Notes: generated from the sequence alone by a model not told the origin. DNA of 64,000 nucleotides from an uncultured delta proteobacterium (GCA_963798485.1 CAWCTR010000021.1:64001-128000); one strand, 5' to 3'. Shown: positions 46,041-60,505, numbered from the stretch's first letter. Program-made: numbers and translations.

Positions 46041-49000
46041 TTGAAGGCACGAACCCTTGAAAAGTCCTGTGGAAAAGGGGCATCCATGTTGAATGGCCTT
46101 ATGAGCATGCTGCAAGAGATAAAAAGGTGGAAGGTCTCCGCGGGAACACGCCCAAGGGATCTTTCAGGACCGGGTATAATATTTTTCCCGATCCTTGATA
46201 ATTGCCTTTCTTGCGGGCTTGCCGGGTTTATCACTATCAAGGGCGGGGGGATTACCGCTCATAATGGCATCCCCGAAAGGATAGCAGCACATATCGACGC
46301 CGTGTGTAGCAACGATATCAGCAAGATGACCAAAGGAAAGACGGATTGCAGTAATTACCTCAAACCCGATGCGCTCCAGGCCCTTGAGAAAGACCTCCAT
46401 TATCTTAAACAGGACGCTTGTCTCCAGCATAAACTGTGCTGTGGAAAAGGCATAGAACTTCTGAAAAAGATATCCGACAAGCTCGTAGTATTCATTGATA
46501 ATGAAGACTCTCTCATCGAAAAGGAGGCAAAGGGATTCCCTTCGGGTGATCTTGAGGTCATTGCCTCGCGTATGATTGCGCTAAAGGATTTTGCCTGGGC
46601 ATTAAGGGAGGATATCCTTAAGAATCAGGATAAGATCCTGATTCTTGCAGGAACCAAGGCCCTGGAAGATGAAAATTACTACTGCCGCTATCATAAGATC
46701 AATTCCTGTTTGAATGCACTGGACAGGCTTGAGGTAAGGGGCCGGGACTCGGCAGGGTTGCAGGTGATGGTGCAATTCAAGAATAGCCAGGCTATGGATT
46801 CCCTGCGGAATGCCCTTGACCAGCAGGGCCTCTCTGACCAGTTCATCTTAAGGAACGGGCCGAGTGATCTTCTTGGCGGTTCCATTCATTACTCTGATAC
46901 AGTAATTGCATTCACCTACAAGACCGCCCAGATCACCGGCCAGCTTGGAGACAATACCTCCAAGCTGAGAAATTATATCAAGAACGATAGCATCCTGAAG
47001 ACGGCGCTTTCCTTGGATGCCGAATCGGAAGCGTACCTGTCACACACAAGGTGGGCATCCGTAGGCGCCATCAACGAGATCAACTGCCACCCGGTCAACA
47101 GCCACACCATTGACATGCCGACCACCTCCATACACGGCGTCCTGGCAGTGGTAAAGACCTATCCTTTTTATGGTAAAGGCGCCTGGGCCATCAGTGCGGC
47201 CTTAAACGGCGATATCGACAACTACCACCTCATCATGGGCACCCTCGAGACAGAGAAGAAAGTAGCCGATCCGAATGTGACAACAGATACCAAGGTGATC
47301 CCCCTTCAGATCGAGCGATACCTTTACCAGGGGCATGACCTGAAAGAGGCCTTTCGAAGGGCTGTGAATGATTTCGAGGGGTCACAAGCCATTGCAATGG
47401 AGAGTAACCTGGAGCCCGGCAAGATATTCCTTTCACTCAAGGGCAGCGGCCAGACTATCTATGTCGGACTCATGCAAAGTGGGTACATGTTCGCCTCCGA
47501 GGTCTATGGACTCGTTGAAGAGACCCCCAATTTCATCAAGATGGATGGAGAGTCATTCCATGACCCGGGCAATCCCCATACTCAGGGTCAGATCTTTATC
47601 CTGAGTAATGACAAGGGCACAGGACTCTTTGGGATTGAGGCTATGTCATTTGACGGGCATCCGCTTGACCTGACTGAGAAGGATATCAACATCGCCCAGA
47701 TTACCACCCGTGATATCAACCGTGGTGAACACTCACATTTCCTTATCAAGGAGATCATGGATGCCCCTTTGTCCATCCATAAGACCCTTCTGGGCAAGTA
47801 CCGCATCACCGATAGTAAAGAGGTAATATTCAACCTGGACGAGGGCGTTGTATCTAAAAGGACCCGCGAGTACTTAATTCAGGGTAGGATCAGAAATATC
47901 TATGTTGTGGGCCAGGGCACGGCGGCGGTTGCGGCTTCCGCGGTTGCCGAAGCCATATCGGCCTACCTCAAGGACTCACCCATAAGTGTTCAGTCCAGGA
48001 AGGCCACTGACCTCTCCGGATTCATGCTTGATGACGATATGTCGGACACCATCGTGATCGCCATCACCCAGTCAGGAACCACCACTGACACGAACCGGGC
48101 GGTCACCATGGCAAGGCAGCGTGGTGCGCATCTCATAGCCATTGTGAACCGCAGACAGTCGGATATCACGACCAAGGTCGACGGTGTGTTCTATACAAGC
48201 GACGGCCGGGATATCGAGATGTCGGTTGCCTCCACTAAGGCCTTCTATTCGCAGATCGTTGCTGGGTTTGTGATTGCGCTTTTCTTTGCCAAGCTCCTCA
48301 AAACACTGCCCGATAATGTAATAGCACATGATCTCATGGAGCTTGAAAAGGCCCCTGAACTCATGTTGAAGGTAATCAAGGAAAGGGAAGCAATCAGGAA
48401 TACGGCATGGGAACTGGTGAGGAGAAAGCAGTACTGGGCAGTGGTCGGAAGCGGCATTAATAAGGTGGCATCCGACGAGATCCGCATCAAGCTCTCCGAA
48501 CTCTGCTATAAGACCATCTCTTCGGACATAATCGAGGACAAGAAGCACATTGATCTGTCCTCCGAACCCCTTATCCTGGTATGTGCAGCCGGAAGTCCCG
48601 AGATAGTCCTGGAAGACATTGTGAAAGATGTGGCCATATTCAAGGCCCATTCCGCCAGCGTTGTTGTAATTACCGACGAAGGAGAGCACCGGTTTGATGC
48701 TGTCTGTGATGAGATCATCAGTGTCCCGAGGGCCGGTTTCCCCTTGTGCGTGATCTTCAATACCCTTGCAGGCCACCTCTTTGGATACTATGCCGCGTGC
48801 AGCCTTGATTACCTTGCACGGTCCATGAAGGCCTTCAGAACACGCCTGGCAGAGGTGTCGAAGGGACAGGAAAAGAAGGAATATACTATCTACGAGAGTA
48901 TTCAGGACAGGGAATTGCATAGTGTTGTAGATGAATTTGCATTGGACTTCAATGGATGGCGCAACAGCGGAGCGCTTACCTCTCTGAGTGTGGAGGTTGC

Positions 49001-49790
49001 CTGCGACATGTCATTGCTGCTGAAGTATGCCAAGGGGAAGCTCCCTGTGGAGGATTTCTGGTCGGAGTTCGAGGACAAGCGCTTTTCTTCGTCACCCATA
49101 GACATGCTTGACCTCACCTTGAAAAGGGCCATTGACGAGCTCTCACGGCCGGTAGATGCCATACGGCACCAGGCAAAGACCGTTACCGTAGGCACGAGCA
49201 GGAAGGCTGAGGCACAGCATGGAGAGATATTCGATGTATTCGGTGAGCTTGGATTTTCTTTAGAGAATGTCCGGGCCAAGGATGTTATCATCATCAAGAG
49301 ATTACAGAATGCGCTTGTGGGGGTTAAGGGATACACCCTCTATGAGGTCGGTGATCTCGATGAACAAGGGATACCTACGAATGCATCCACTTTGACCATT
49401 ATATCCAGGCACGGGATAACAACCTCCATGCCTTCCCGGTATGACAAACCGGGGCCCTTAAGGGGCACCAAGAATACCATTGTAAGGACAGGGAAGGTGT
49501 ATGCAGGCATAGGCAGGTCTGATAATGCCTCTATCGTTATCGTACCTATATTCGGGCAGCAGCGCATCATTACTCATCTTCTTCTGCTCCAGGTGGACTT
49601 TGACGAGGGGCTCGGCATTGAACAGAAGAAGGAGACACTGGGCTTGAAGCTTAATGATATTACGAATCTTATTAATGAGTATAACATACCATGGAAAGAT
49701 GAATTTCTTAAAGGCTTGTCACTCAAATATCTCCTCAATGAAGATGTCGAGGTCATAGCCGAAAAGATCAGGTCTTCCTTGAAAGGTTAG
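46041..49790 (+). CDS. Giant GlmS-like glutamine:fructose-6-phosphate amidotransferase (Ntn plus two SIS domains, with insertions and extensions)
   Basis: [23 protein letters not shown].....[50 protein letters not shown]; start uncertain (46041 TTG or 46086 ATG). Confidence 0.8.
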   Translation: MKARTLEKSCGKGASMLNGLMSMLQEIKRWKVSAGTRPRDLSGPGIIFFPILDNCLSCGLAGFITIKGGGITAHNGIPERIAAHIDAVCSNDISKMTKGKTDCSNYLKPDALQALEKDLHYLKQDACLQHKLCCGKGIELLKKISDKLVVFIDNEDSLIEKEAKGFPSGDLEVIASRMIALKDFAWALREDILKNQDKILILAGTKALEDENYYCRYHKINSCLNALDRLEVRGRDSAGLQVMVQFKNSQAMDSLRNALDQQGLSDQFILRNGPSDLLGGSIHYSDTVIAFTYKTAQITGQLGDNTSKLRNYIKNDSILKTALSLDAESEAYLSHTRWASVGAINEINCHPVNSHTIDMPTTSIHGVLAVVKTYPFYGKGAWAISAALNGDIDNYHLIMGTLETEKKVADPNVTTDTKVIPLQIERYLYQGHDLKEAFRRAVNDFEGSQAIAMESNLEPGKIFLSLKGSGQTIYVGLMQSGYMFASEVYGLVEETPNFIKMDGESFHDPGNPHTQGQIFILSNDKGTGLFGIEAMSFDGHPLDLTEKDINIAQITTRDINRGEHSHFLIKEIMDAPLSIHKTLLGKYRITDSKEVIFNLDEGVVSKRTREYLIQGRIRNIYVVGQGTAAVAASAVAEAISAYLKDSPISVQSRKATDLSGFMLDDDMSDTIVIAITQSGTTTDTNRAVTMARQRGAHLIAIVNRRQSDITTKVDGVFYTSDGRDIEMSVASTKAFYSQIVAGFVIALFFAKLLKTLPDNVIAHDLMELEKAPELMLKVIKEREAIRNTAWELVRRKQYWAVVGSGINKVASDEIRIKLSELCYKTISSDIIEDKKHIDLSSEPLILVCAAGSPEIVLEDIVKDVAIFKAHSASVVVITDEGEHRFDAVCDEIISVPRAGFPLCVIFNTLAGHLFGYYAACSLDYLARSMKAFRTRLAEVSKGQEKKEYTIYESIQDRELHSVVDEFALDFNGWRNSGALTSLSVEVACDMSLLLKYAKGKLPVEDFWSEFEDKRFSSSPIDMLDLTLKRAIDELSRPVDAIRHQAKTVTVGTSRKAEAQHGEIFDVFGELGFSLENVRAKDVIIIKRLQNALVGVKGYTLYEVGDLDEQGIPTNASTLTIISRHGITTSMPSRYDKPGPLRGTKNTIVRTGKVYAGIGRSDNASIVIVPIFGQQRIITHLLLLQVDFDEGLGIEQKKETLGLKLNDITNLINEYNIPWKDEFLKGLSLKYLLNEDVEVIAEKIRSSLKG

Positions 49791-49854
49791 ACAGGCCTCC
49801 TTAAGTTATGATGCCCCCACAGAACGATACAAGCACGAAGCAATAAGGTACGGC

Positions 49855-52800
49855 ATGCCCAAGCGGACAGACATCAAGAAGATTCTCATTATAGGCAGCG
49901 GGCCCATTATCATATCCCAGGCATGTGAATTCGACTATTCCGGGGTACAGGCCTGCAAGGCGCTCAGAGAAGAAGGTTATTCCGTAGTGCTCATCAACTC
50001 CAACCCTGCCACCATTATGACGGATCCCGGCATGTCAGATCGGACCTATATCGAGCCCATCACCCCCGAGATGATTGAACTGATCATCGAAAAGGAAAGG
50101 CCGGACGCCATCCTTCCCACCCTGGGCGGTCAGACGGGTCTCAACGTTTCGGTTGAACTCGCTTCCCGCGGGGTGCTCGAACACTATAACGTGGAGATGA
50201 TCGGGGCGAACCCGGAGGTCATTCACAAGGCCGAAGACCGTGAGCAGTTCCGCAAGGCCATGGAAAAGATCGGCCTGAGGGTTCCCAGGAGCGGTTTTGC
50301 CCGGGGCATGGATGATGTTTACACCATTGCACAGGACATCGGTTATCCCATTATCATACGGCCGTCATTCACCCTGGGGGGTATCGGCGGGGGCATTGCG
50401 TACAATCCCGAAGACCTCGACGGCATCGCCAAGAGCGGGCTTGATGCCAGCATGATCCGAGAGATCATGCTGGAGGAGTCGGTTATCGGATGGAAGGAAT
50501 TTGAGCTCGAGGTCATGCGGGACAAGGCCGACAACGTGGTGATTATCTGTTCCATTGAAAACATGGATGCCATGGGCGTTCATACCGGGGACTCCATCAC
50601 CGTGGCACCTGCCCAGACACTTACGGACGTCGAATACCAGCGCCTGCGTGATGCGGCCATTGCCATCATGCGTGAGATAGGCGTGGAGACCGGCGGGTCC
50701 AATGTCCAATTCGCCATCAACCCTGCTGATGGCGAGCTTGTTGTGATCGAGATGAACCCACGCGTCTCCCGGTCGTCCGCCCTGGCATCCAAGGCAACGG
50801 GTTTCCCTATTGCCAAGATCGCGGCCAAGCTTGCCGTAGGTTATACCTTGGATGAGATACCTAATGACATCACCAAGGAGACCTTTGCCTCCTTTGAACC
50901 CACCATTGATTACTGTGTAGTGAAGATCCCCAGGTGGACCTTTGAAAAGTTCCCCGAGACCCCCGACCTTCTTACGACCTCCATGAAGTCGGTGGGAGAG
51001 ACAATGGCAATAGGGAGGACTTTCAAGGAGGCGCTGAACAAGGCGGTGCGGTCATTGGAGATCGGCCAGTCAGGCCTCGGCGGGATGCTCATGAAGGTGC
51101 CGCCCGAAGAGAAAAAGCAGCTCGTCACCGGGCTCACCTATCCTAACTCCAGGCGTCTGTTCTGGATCGCAGCGGCCTTCAGGTCCGGCTGGACCATAGA
51201 GGATGTCGCCAGGCTGACCAAGATAGACCCATGGTTTTTATATCATATCAAGGAGCTGGTTGATGCCGAGACTGGGATTGTATCCGCAGGGCTTGACGAA
51301 AACACCCTGTACGAGGCCAAGAGGCTCGGCTTCTCGGACCGTTATCTTGCCCATCTGTGGGACACGACCGAGAAGGCGGTCCGGGATCTCAGGTATGAGA
51401 CGGGTATAATCCCGGTCTATAAGCTCGTTGATACCTGCGCCGCCGAATTCGAGGCCTATACCCCCTATTATTACTCCACCTACGAAGATGAAGACGAGTC
51501 GAACCCGTCGTCACGGCCCAAGGTGATCATTTTGGGCGGCGGCCCCAACCGGATCGGCCAGGGCATTGAGTTCGATTACTGCTGCGTCCATGCGTCGTTT
51601 GCGCTTAAAGAGATGGGTTATGAGAGCATCATGATCAACTCCAACCCTGAAACCGTAAGCACCGACTATGATATCTCGGACAAACTTTTTTTCGAGCCGC
51701 TCACCCTCGAAGATGTCCTCCATGTGATCAGGCGTGAGAAGCCTATGGGGGTAATCGTACAGTTCGGCGGCCAGACCCCGTTGAACCTTGCGAAGGGCCT
51801 CTTTGAAGCTGGGGTGCCCATACTCGGCACATCGCCCGATGCCATAGACCGCTCCGAGGACCGGCAGCGGTTCCTTGAGATCGTGAAAAAGCTGAACCTG
51901 AAACAGCCGGCAAGCGGCACCGTGGTCAGCGTGGAAGAGGCGCTTAAGGTCGCCGACAGGATCGAATACCCGGTGCTCGTGAGACCTTCCTATGTGCTGG
52001 GCGGGCGGTCCATGGAGATCATCTACGATCCTGATACGTTAAAGATCTTTATGGCCCAGGTGCTTGAGCTCTTCCCAAATAACCAGATCCTCATCGACAA
52101 GTTCCTGGAAGACGCCATTGAGGTGGATGTGGATACCTTGAGCGACGGCAAGGATGCCGTCATCTGCGGAATTATGGAGCACATAGAGGAAGCGGGCATC
52201 CATTCCGGTGATTCCGCCTGCGTGCTCCCACCCATAACCTTGCCCCAAAAGATCGTAGAGCTCATTGAGAAACAGACGAAGATGATCGCATTCGAACTGG
52301 GCGTAGTAGGACTCATGAACATCCAGTATGCCATTAAGGACGGTGAATTATTTATCCTCGAGGTCAATCCCAGGGCATCGCGGACCGTGCCCTTTGTGAG
52401 CAAGGCAATCGGCATACCCATAGCCAAGCTTGCCACCAAGATAATGCTGGGCCACAGCCTCAAAGAGCTCGGCTTCACCAGGAAGATCATACCCACACAT
52501 GTATCGGTAAAGGAATCCGTGTTCCCGTTTAAGAGATTCCCCAATATCAACATCGCACTCGGGCCTGAGATGAAGTCTACGGGCGAGGTCATGGGCATTG
52601 ACACCTCCTTTGATCTGGCCTTCGCCAAGTCCCAGATTGCTGCCGGGGCTGATCTGCCCACATCCGGGGCCGTTTTTATCAGCGTCCACGATTTTTACAA
52701 AGAGCGGATCGTTCCGGTGGCGCGCTCATTCGCCGATCTCGGGTTCACCATTATGTCCACCACCGGCACGGCGGCATATCTGAATGCCCACGGGGTGGAT

Positions 52801-53055
52801 GTGCAGACCGTTCTCAAGGTGAGCGAGGGCAGGCCCAATGTGATGGATTATATCAAAAACGGGCAGATCCAGCTCATCATCAATGCGAGCATAGGAAGGA
52901 AGCCCACGGAAGACGCCCACCAGCTGCGTCAGAGCGCCATCAGGTACAATATACCCTATTCCACGACCATTTCCGCCTCACGCGCAACAAGCGAGGCCAT
53001 CAGGGCGCTCCAGGGCAATCATTTACAGGTCAGAGCACTGCAGGATTATTACTGA
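49855..53055 (+). CDS. carB: Carbamoyl-phosphate synthase large subunit
   Basis: [58 protein letters not shown] domain. Confidence 0.98.
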   Translation: MPKRTDIKKILIIGSGPIIISQACEFDYSGVQACKALREEGYSVVLINSNPATIMTDPGMSDRTYIEPITPEMIELIIEKERPDAILPTLGGQTGLNVSVELASRGVLEHYNVEMIGANPEVIHKAEDREQFRKAMEKIGLRVPRSGFARGMDDVYTIAQDIGYPIIIRPSFTLGGIGGGIAYNPEDLDGIAKSGLDASMIREIMLEESVIGWKEFELEVMRDKADNVVIICSIENMDAMGVHTGDSITVAPAQTLTDVEYQRLRDAAIAIMREIGVETGGSNVQFAINPADGELVVIEMNPRVSRSSALASKATGFPIAKIAAKLAVGYTLDEIPNDITKETFASFEPTIDYCVVKIPRWTFEKFPETPDLLTTSMKSVGETMAIGRTFKEALNKAVRSLEIGQSGLGGMLMKVPPEEKKQLVTGLTYPNSRRLFWIAAAFRSGWTIEDVARLTKIDPWFLYHIKELVDAETGIVSAGLDENTLYEAKRLGFSDRYLAHLWDTTEKAVRDLRYETGIIPVYKLVDTCAAEFEAYTPYYYSTYEDEDESNPSSRPKVIILGGGPNRIGQGIEFDYCCVHASFALKEMGYESIMINSNPETVSTDYDISDKLFFEPLTLEDVLHVIRREKPMGVIVQFGGQTPLNLAKGLFEAGVPILGTSPDAIDRSEDRQRFLEIVKKLNLKQPASGTVVSVEEALKVADRIEYPVLVRPSYVLGGRSMEIIYDPDTLKIFMAQVLELFPNNQILIDKFLEDAIEVDVDTLSDGKDAVICGIMEHIEEAGIHSGDSACVLPPITLPQKIVELIEKQTKMIAFELGVVGLMNIQYAIKDGELFILEVNPRASRTVPFVSKAIGIPIAKLATKIMLGHSLKELGFTRKIIPTHVSVKESVFPFKRFPNINIALGPEMKSTGEVMGIDTSFDLAFAKSQIAAGADLPTSGAVFISVHDFYKERIVPVARSFADLGFTIMSTTGTAAYLNAHGVDVQTVLKVSEGRPNVMDYIKNGQIQLIINASIGRKPTEDAHQLRQSAIRYNIPYSTTISASRATSEAIRALQGNHLQVRALQDYY

Positions 53056-53131
53056 TGAGGGGGGGAGGCCGGAAATAGTTAATTTTCTCCGGCTCCTATC
53101 TTGACACCATAGAATCTATAGATTAGATTAG

Positions 53132-54784
<1,653 letters not shown>

Positions 54785-54852
54785 AATAGTAACCGGTTTC
54801 AGTAAGACAGTAAGAGAAGAAGTATATAATATCTTCCTTAAAAATAAGGGTT

Positions 54853-55827
54853 TTAATGCTCGCTGGTGCCGAACTTTTTCAACTGGTTACGGTCTTCGAT
54901 AGAGAGAAGGCAGTTGCCGGTGCATTCGTTGTCGCACGATCCATCGCATGGTTCCACATGGATGGTTACATTCGAATAAGGGAAACGATCGTATATCATA
55001 TGGGTGAGATCGTCCGTTATGCTGTGTGATTTTTCAACGCTCATTAGCGGGTCTACAAGCATATGAAATTCAATGAAACGGACGTTTCCCGCCTTCCTGG
55101 TTCTCAGCTTATGGTAGCCATGCACATCGGGGTGCATGGTGGTAATAAGTTCCCTGATCAAAGTCCTCTCAGCAACAGGTAATGTGTGATCCAGAAGGTC
55201 TCGCACAGACTGTATCGCAAGTCCCCATGCAGCATGGACGATGAGCAGTGCCACAGCTATGGCGGCAATGGGATCGATCCAGTTCAATGAGACTCCGGGC
55301 ATGATACGATTCCCGATCCATATAAGGAATAGCCCGGCCATGACACCCGCAGATGTGTATACATCGGTCCTCAGGTGCCAGGCATCAGCCTTTAATGCCA
55401 TGGAATCAGCTTTGTTCCCGATTGCAAAGAGCCTCTCCGAGACTAAGATATTCATAATACAGGACATAAGCATGGCGCCGACACCCCACGAGGCTGCTTC
55501 AAGAGGTTGCGGGTTCATGAGTCTCTTTATGGCTTCATAGATGATCCATCCTGCAGCAAGGAAGATCAGGAGTGCCTCAACCGCTCCTGAGATGTTCTCG
55601 ATCTTTCCGTGGCCGAAGGGATGTTCCCTGTCAGCGGGTTTGCCTGATTTCGTCACGGAAATATAGGCTATTACTGAAGCGATCAGATCAACACCCGAGT
55701 GGATCGCCTCTGATATGATGGACACAGCCCCTATCAAAATTCCGATAATGACCTTCATAATGATCAGCGCAGTATTGGAAAGTATTGATAATCGGGCAAC
55801 AGATATCTTTTCGTTTACATTTTCCAT
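54853..55827 (-). CDS. Cation diffusion facilitator (FieF-like) transporter
   Basis: EAIHS..D, PADREHPFGHGKIE, DAWHLRTD, LRTRKAG, IHVEP; Cys-rich tail. Confidence 0.92.
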   Translation of the reverse strand: MENVNEKISVARLSILSNTALIIMKVIIGILIGAVSIISEAIHSGVDLIASVIAYISVTKSGKPADREHPFGHGKIENISGAVEALLIFLAAGWIIYEAIKRLMNPQPLEAASWGVGAMLMSCIMNILVSERLFAIGNKADSMALKADAWHLRTDVYTSAGVMAGLFLIWIGNRIMPGVSLNWIDPIAAIAVALLIVHAAWGLAIQSVRDLLDHTLPVAERTLIRELITTMHPDVHGYHKLRTRKAGNVRFIEFHMLVDPLMSVEKSHSITDDLTHMIYDRFPYSNVTIHVEPCDGSCDNECTGNCLLSIEDRNQLKKFGTSEH

Positions 55828-55990
55828 CGGACCGTCCGGAAAGGGTATAGTCAGTTCAGGATTTATATATACCAGATATAAATGAATAGTGAATAGTATA
55901 CAATGTTGAATGACCGGGGATCAGATTTAAATCTCTTGAATATTCTCCCTGCATTTAGTACGCATGGATAAGTTCTTACATGAGGAGAAA

Positions 55991-57334
55991 ATGATGAAGA
56001 GCTCAAGAACGACAATCCAGGTTGTACTTTTGTTCATACTCATTGGGTCGATCATTGGCGCCGGATATCACTATCTCGAGTGGGAGAAGCCTACGATCGT
56101 CCTGGACAAATCATTTACAACCATCGGGAAGTCCAGGGATATTGCAATTACCCTGCAAGATAAACGCAGCGGCATCAGAAATTTCAAGGTTGCCATCGTT
56201 CAGAACAAGCATGAGTTTGAAGTGGCATCCGAACAGATACCGGTTAAGGGCACTTTTGAGAAGACTGTGGCAGTGAAGATCGTTCCCAAGGATCTCAGGA
56301 TAAGAGATGGGGAGGCTGTCTTCATTGTGAAGGCCACTGACTTCTCACCATTGAGGAATACCGCCGAACTTCAGACTAAGGTTACCATTGATTCCACACC
56401 GCCCAGGATTACGCTTCTCACGAGTGCACATAATATTAACCCCGGCGGGACCTGCCTTACCATCTACCGTGTGACAAAGGCAGTGCAGACAAGTGGGGTT
56501 AAGTGCGGTGATAAATTTTTTACCGGCTACCTTGTGCAGGGGCAGGGAAAACCGTATTATGTGTGTTATTTTGCCGTACCTCGCGATGTGAGCAGGAGTA
56601 CGCCCATGGTGGTAACGGCACAGGACAAGGGTGGTAATGAGGCCATTGCAGGTATTCCCTTCTACATCCGCAGTGTAAAACCCTTCAGAAGAGATACGAT
56701 TACTGTCGGTGATGCCTTTGTGCAGCAGAAGGCCGTAGAATTCCAGGAGCAGGACACGAAACTCTCCGGGAAGTCCCCTGAGGATGTCTTTGCCTATGTC
56801 AATACCCAGCTCCGTGTGGAAGACGACAAGCAAATACAGACCCTCTGTGCAAAGACCGATAGCAAGCAGCACTGGCAGGGAACATTCTTAAGATTGAAAA
56901 ATTCCGCACCCAAGGCGCTCTTCGGCGATGAACGGACATATCTTTATCATGGTAAATCTCTGGGAAACAGCATTCATCTGGGGATAGACCTCGCATCCAC
57001 CTCACATGCCCCAATAGAGGCGGCTAACAGCGGGATTGTCATCTTTGCCGGCAACCTGGGTATTTATGGGAACGCTGTAATCATTGACCATGGCCAGGGG
57101 ATCTCCACCCAGTACGGTCACATGAGCTCCATTGCGGTGAAGGAAGGCCGGCCGGTCACCAAGGGGCAGGTCATCGGAAAGACCGGGATGACGGGCTTCG
57201 CTGGGGGCGACCATCTGCATTTCAGCCTGCTCGTCGGCGGTGTCTTTGTCGATCCAAAAGAGTGGTGGGACCCGCACTGGATAAAAGACAACGTGGAGGG
57301 AAAATACAATACAGTGATAATCGGAGGGAATTAA
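55991..57334 (+). CDS. M23-family metallopeptidase with N-terminal membrane anchor
   Basis: HLGID (HxxxD), YGN..IIDHG, YGHMS, TG...G.HLHF; start ATG 55991 after GAGGAG. Confidence 0.9.
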   Translation: MMKSSRTTIQVVLLFILIGSIIGAGYHYLEWEKPTIVLDKSFTTIGKSRDIAITLQDKRSGIRNFKVAIVQNKHEFEVASEQIPVKGTFEKTVAVKIVPKDLRIRDGEAVFIVKATDFSPLRNTAELQTKVTIDSTPPRITLLTSAHNINPGGTCLTIYRVTKAVQTSGVKCGDKFFTGYLVQGQGKPYYVCYFAVPRDVSRSTPMVVTAQDKGGNEAIAGIPFYIRSVKPFRRDTITVGDAFVQQKAVEFQEQDTKLSGKSPEDVFAYVNTQLRVEDDKQIQTLCAKTDSKQHWQGTFLRLKNSAPKALFGDERTYLYHGKSLGNSIHLGIDLASTSHAPIEAANSGIVIFAGNLGIYGNAVIIDHGQGISTQYGHMSSIAVKEGRPVTKGQVIGKTGMTGFAGGDHLHFSLLVGGVFVDPKEWWDPHWIKDNVEGKYNTVIIGGN

Positions 57335-57799
57335 ATGGATAAGCTTAAACGTGGAGACAAGGCCCCTGATTTTGCGTTGAGGGACCAGAACGGAAACATC
57401 ATGAAGCTCACTGACTTCAAAGATAAAAAAAAGATCTTACTCTATTTCTATCCCAAGGCACTCACAGCGGGATGTACCGTCCAGGCACGGGAGGTCAGCG
57501 CTGCAAGGGAAGCGTTGGCTGATTTAGACGTAGAGGCTATCGGTATCAGCCCTGATATGCCGGAGGTTCTCAAGAAGTTTGATAACAACCTCGAACTTAA
57601 CTTTCCGCTCCTGTCCGATGCGGATCACCGTGTGGCCGAAGCTTTTGGTGTCTGGGGCGAGAAGAACATCTATGGCAAGACTCTCTATGGTATTATCCGC
57701 TCCTCGTTTCTGATTGATGAAAACTCTCAGATCATTCAGGCCTGGTACAAGGTGAGCCCGAAAGATACCGTTCCTAAGGCGCTGCAGGAGCTTAAATAA
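57335..57799 (+). CDS. bcp: Peroxiredoxin Bcp/PrxQ
   Basis: GDKAPDF, YFYPKALTAGCT, GISPD, FPLLSD. Confidence 0.92.
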   Translation: MDKLKRGDKAPDFALRDQNGNIMKLTDFKDKKKILLYFYPKALTAGCTVQAREVSAAREALADLDVEAIGISPDMPEVLKKFDNNLELNFPLLSDADHRVAEAFGVWGEKNIYGKTLYGIIRSSFLIDENSQIIQAWYKVSPKDTVPKALQELK

Positions 57800-57828
57800 A
57801 GAAAAACATCTTGATCACGGAGAGATCG

Positions 57829-59334
57829 ATGCACCTTCTTGCACGGATTATCATACCTGCACTGGTTTTCGGCATTGCGCTGCCGGGTTGTGCCGTCGGC
57901 CCTGACTTCAGGAGTCCTGGGGCCCCGGGGACCGCGACATACACAGCCAAGGCTATGCCTGAACAGACCGTTTCAGCACCGGTTGCGGGCGGCGGGGAAC
58001 AACACTTTGTATCAAAGCAGGACATTCCCGAGCAGTGGTGGACACTCTATCAATGCCCTGACCTCGATCAGCTGATCCGTCTGGCACTCAAGGACAATCC
58101 GACGCTCGCAGCAGCCAGGGCGACTCTGGGCCAGGCACAGGAGAACCTGAATGCAGGATATGGAGCACTCTTCCCGAGTGTGGATGCGCAAGCCTCGGTT
58201 TCCAGGCAGAAGGTCTCGGGGATATCAGCAGGAGAGCCGAACGTCAGTATCAGCCCGTTCACCCTATACAATGCATCGGTGAACGTATCATATACGCTTG
58301 AGCTTTTCGGAGGCACCAGGCGAGAACTGGAGACACTGCAATCTCAAGTCGATTACCAGCAGTTCCAGCTCGAGGCCGCTTATCTCACGCTCACGTCGAA
58401 TGTGGTTACGACAGCCGTGAAAGAGGCTTCTCTGCGTGCACAGATACACTCCTACAAGGACATCATAAGTGCCCAGGAGAAGCAGCTCGAAGTCGTGGAG
58501 GATCAATTCCGGATCGGAAGTGTATCGCTCCCGGACCTTCTAGCGCAGAAGGCACTGCTTGCCCAGACCCGTGCAATACTTCCTCCCCTTGAAAAGGAAC
58601 TCGCTCAGACCGGCCACCAGCTTGCAGTCCTCACCGGCAGGCTGCCGAGCGAGGCGAAGCTTCCCGATTTTGACCTCGATGGTTTGAAACTGCCCCGGGA
58701 ACTGCCGGTAAGCCTGCCGTCGGAACTGGTTCGGCAGCGCCCCGATATCCGTGCTTCCGAATCGCTCCTGCATGCGGCAAGTGCTCAAGTCGGCGTGGCA
58801 ACGGCGAATCTCTACCCGCAGGTCAACCTCTCCGGCAGCTATGGGTCGATGACCACAAAGGCCGGCGATCTGTTCACAAGCGGTATGGGTGTCTGGAGCC
58901 TTGGTGCCGGTGTGCTGCAGCCTGTGTTTCATGGCGGGGAGCTGACTGCCAGGAGGCGCGCCGCCGTTGCCGCCTACGATGCGGCATCTGCGCAGTACCG
59001 TCTGACGGTTTTACAGGCATTTCAGAACGTGGCCGATGTGCTGCGGGCGCTCGATGCAGACGCGCTTGCTCTCAAGGCACAGGCTGAGGCGGAGGCTGCT
59101 GCGCGAGATTTACGCGACATCACTGGCAAGCAGTTCAGTCTCGGAGCAGTAAGCTATCTTACGTTGCTCAATTCCGAGCGCCAGTATCAGCAGGCCAGGA
59201 TTGGCCTGGTTCAGGCACAGGCCATGCGTTATGCCGACACAGCCGCTCTTTTCCAGGCCCTCGGGGGAGGGTGGTGGAACCGGCAGGCACAGGGAGATGC
59301 AAAGATGAAAGTAAGGAGGGAATCCGGTGATTAA
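57829..59334 (+). CDS. RND efflux outer membrane factor lipoprotein (NodT/OprM family)
   Basis: Lipobox LPGC-AVGPDF, WW, PSELVRQRPDI, ALGGGWW; start ATG 57829. Confidence 0.92.
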   Translation: MHLLARIIIPALVFGIALPGCAVGPDFRSPGAPGTATYTAKAMPEQTVSAPVAGGGEQHFVSKQDIPEQWWTLYQCPDLDQLIRLALKDNPTLAAARATLGQAQENLNAGYGALFPSVDAQASVSRQKVSGISAGEPNVSISPFTLYNASVNVSYTLELFGGTRRELETLQSQVDYQQFQLEAAYLTLTSNVVTTAVKEASLRAQIHSYKDIISAQEKQLEVVEDQFRIGSVSLPDLLAQKALLAQTRAILPPLEKELAQTGHQLAVLTGRLPSEAKLPDFDLDGLKLPRELPVSLPSELVRQRPDIRASESLLHAASAQVGVATANLYPQVNLSGSYGSMTTKAGDLFTSGMGVWSLGAGVLQPVFHGGELTARRRAAVAAYDAASAQYRLTVLQAFQNVADVLRALDADALALKAQAEAEAAARDLRDITGKQFSLGAVSYLTLLNSERQYQQARIGLVQAQAMRYADTAALFQALGGGWWNRQAQGDAKMKVRRESGD

Positions 59335-59358
59335 CTCAGTGACACGGAGAGACGGCAG

Positions 59359-60489
59359 ATGACCAAGCGAATGGTGATCATGCTGGTGGTGGTAGGCCTG
59401 CTGTTCGGCGGCATATTTGGCTATAAGGCCTTTATGGGCATAATGATGAAAAAATTCATGTCTGCAGGCGGGATGCCTCCGGTTACGGTGTCGACGATTC
59501 ATGCCTCAAATGAGGCATGGCAGCCGCAACTTAAGGCCGTAGGCAGCCTAAGGGCCGTGCGCGGGGTAGATCTGGCCAGCGAAATTTCAGGCCTGGTAAG
59601 AAGTGTACATTTTAAATCAGGGGACGAGGCCAAGGCCGGCCAGCTGCTTGTGCAGCTCAATGCCGATTCCGATATTGCACAACTGCATGCGCTGGAGGCT
59701 GCGGCTGACCTGGCCGAGATAACCTATGAACGAGACATTAAACAAATCGAAGCACAGGCTATAAGCCAGTCCGCGCTGGATTCTGCATCTGCTGACCTTA
59801 AATCAAAACAGGCCCAGGTTACCCAGCAGGCAGCAGTTGTAGCCAAGAAGACCATTTGCGCACCCTTTGCCGGGCGGCTCGGCATCAGTTCCGTCAACCC
59901 AGGGCAATACTTGAACTCCGGTGATAAAATCGTCACCCTACAGTCACTCGATTCGATCTTTGTAGACTTTTCCCTGCCGCAGCAGGAACTCTCCATGGTT
60001 TCAACAGGGCAAACGGCCGTTGCTTTCACCGACGCATTCCCCGGCAAGACATTTACCGGCAAGATAACGGCCGTCAACCCGAAGGTGGACCCCGGTTCAC
60101 GCAATATCCAGGTCGAAGCGCTTATTGCCAATCCCGGCCGCAAACTGCTGCCGGGTATGTATGCCACTGTCGAGGTCCTCTACGGTGCGGTACAGCATTA
60201 CCTGACGCTGCCTCGTACAGCTGTTACCTTCAATCCCTACGGCGAGACCATCTACCTTGTGGAGGAAAAGGGCAAAGACAAAGCAGGCAAGCAGGCCCTG
60301 ATTGCCAGACAGACCTTCGTCACCCTCGGTCCTGCAAGGGGCGATCAGGTGGCGATCCTCTCCGGTGTCAGGGAAGGGGACCAGGTGGTCACAAGCGGCC
60401 AGCTCAAGATCAAGAACAACAGCCCGCTGATCATCAACAACCAGGTACAGCCCCTGAATGACGCAGCCCCCAAACCAGAGGAACAGTGA
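59359..60489 (+). CDS. RND efflux periplasmic adaptor (MFP)
   Basis: N-terminal TM, G.V....F.SG, APFAGRLG, LLPGM.A, GDQVVTSGQ.K. Confidence 0.93.
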   Translation: MTKRMVIMLVVVGLLFGGIFGYKAFMGIMMKKFMSAGGMPPVTVSTIHASNEAWQPQLKAVGSLRAVRGVDLASEISGLVRSVHFKSGDEAKAGQLLVQLNADSDIAQLHALEAAADLAEITYERDIKQIEAQAISQSALDSASADLKSKQAQVTQQAAVVAKKTICAPFAGRLGISSVNPGQYLNSGDKIVTLQSLDSIFVDFSLPQQELSMVSTGQTAVAFTDAFPGKTFTGKITAVNPKVDPGSRNIQVEALIANPGRKLLPGMYATVEVLYGAVQHYLTLPRTAVTFNPYGETIYLVEEKGKDKAGKQALIARQTFVTLGPARGDQVAILSGVREGDQVVTSGQLKIKNNSPLIINNQVQPLNDAAPKPEEQ

Positions 60490-60505
60490 TCAGTAAGGCA
60501 TACAT

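Noticed and set aside
46015-46045. GAGGTGGAGGTT upstream of the glmS-like gene resembles part of the glmS ribozyme core
   Set aside because: No AGCGCC cleavage motif, GACGAGG, ATCGA or GCGGATG partner; GGAGG is better explained as an SD
53101-53129. TTGACA-17-TAGATT promoter before pyrG
   Set aside because: The implied TSS would fall after the AGGAG SD; plausible but not resolvable from sequence alone
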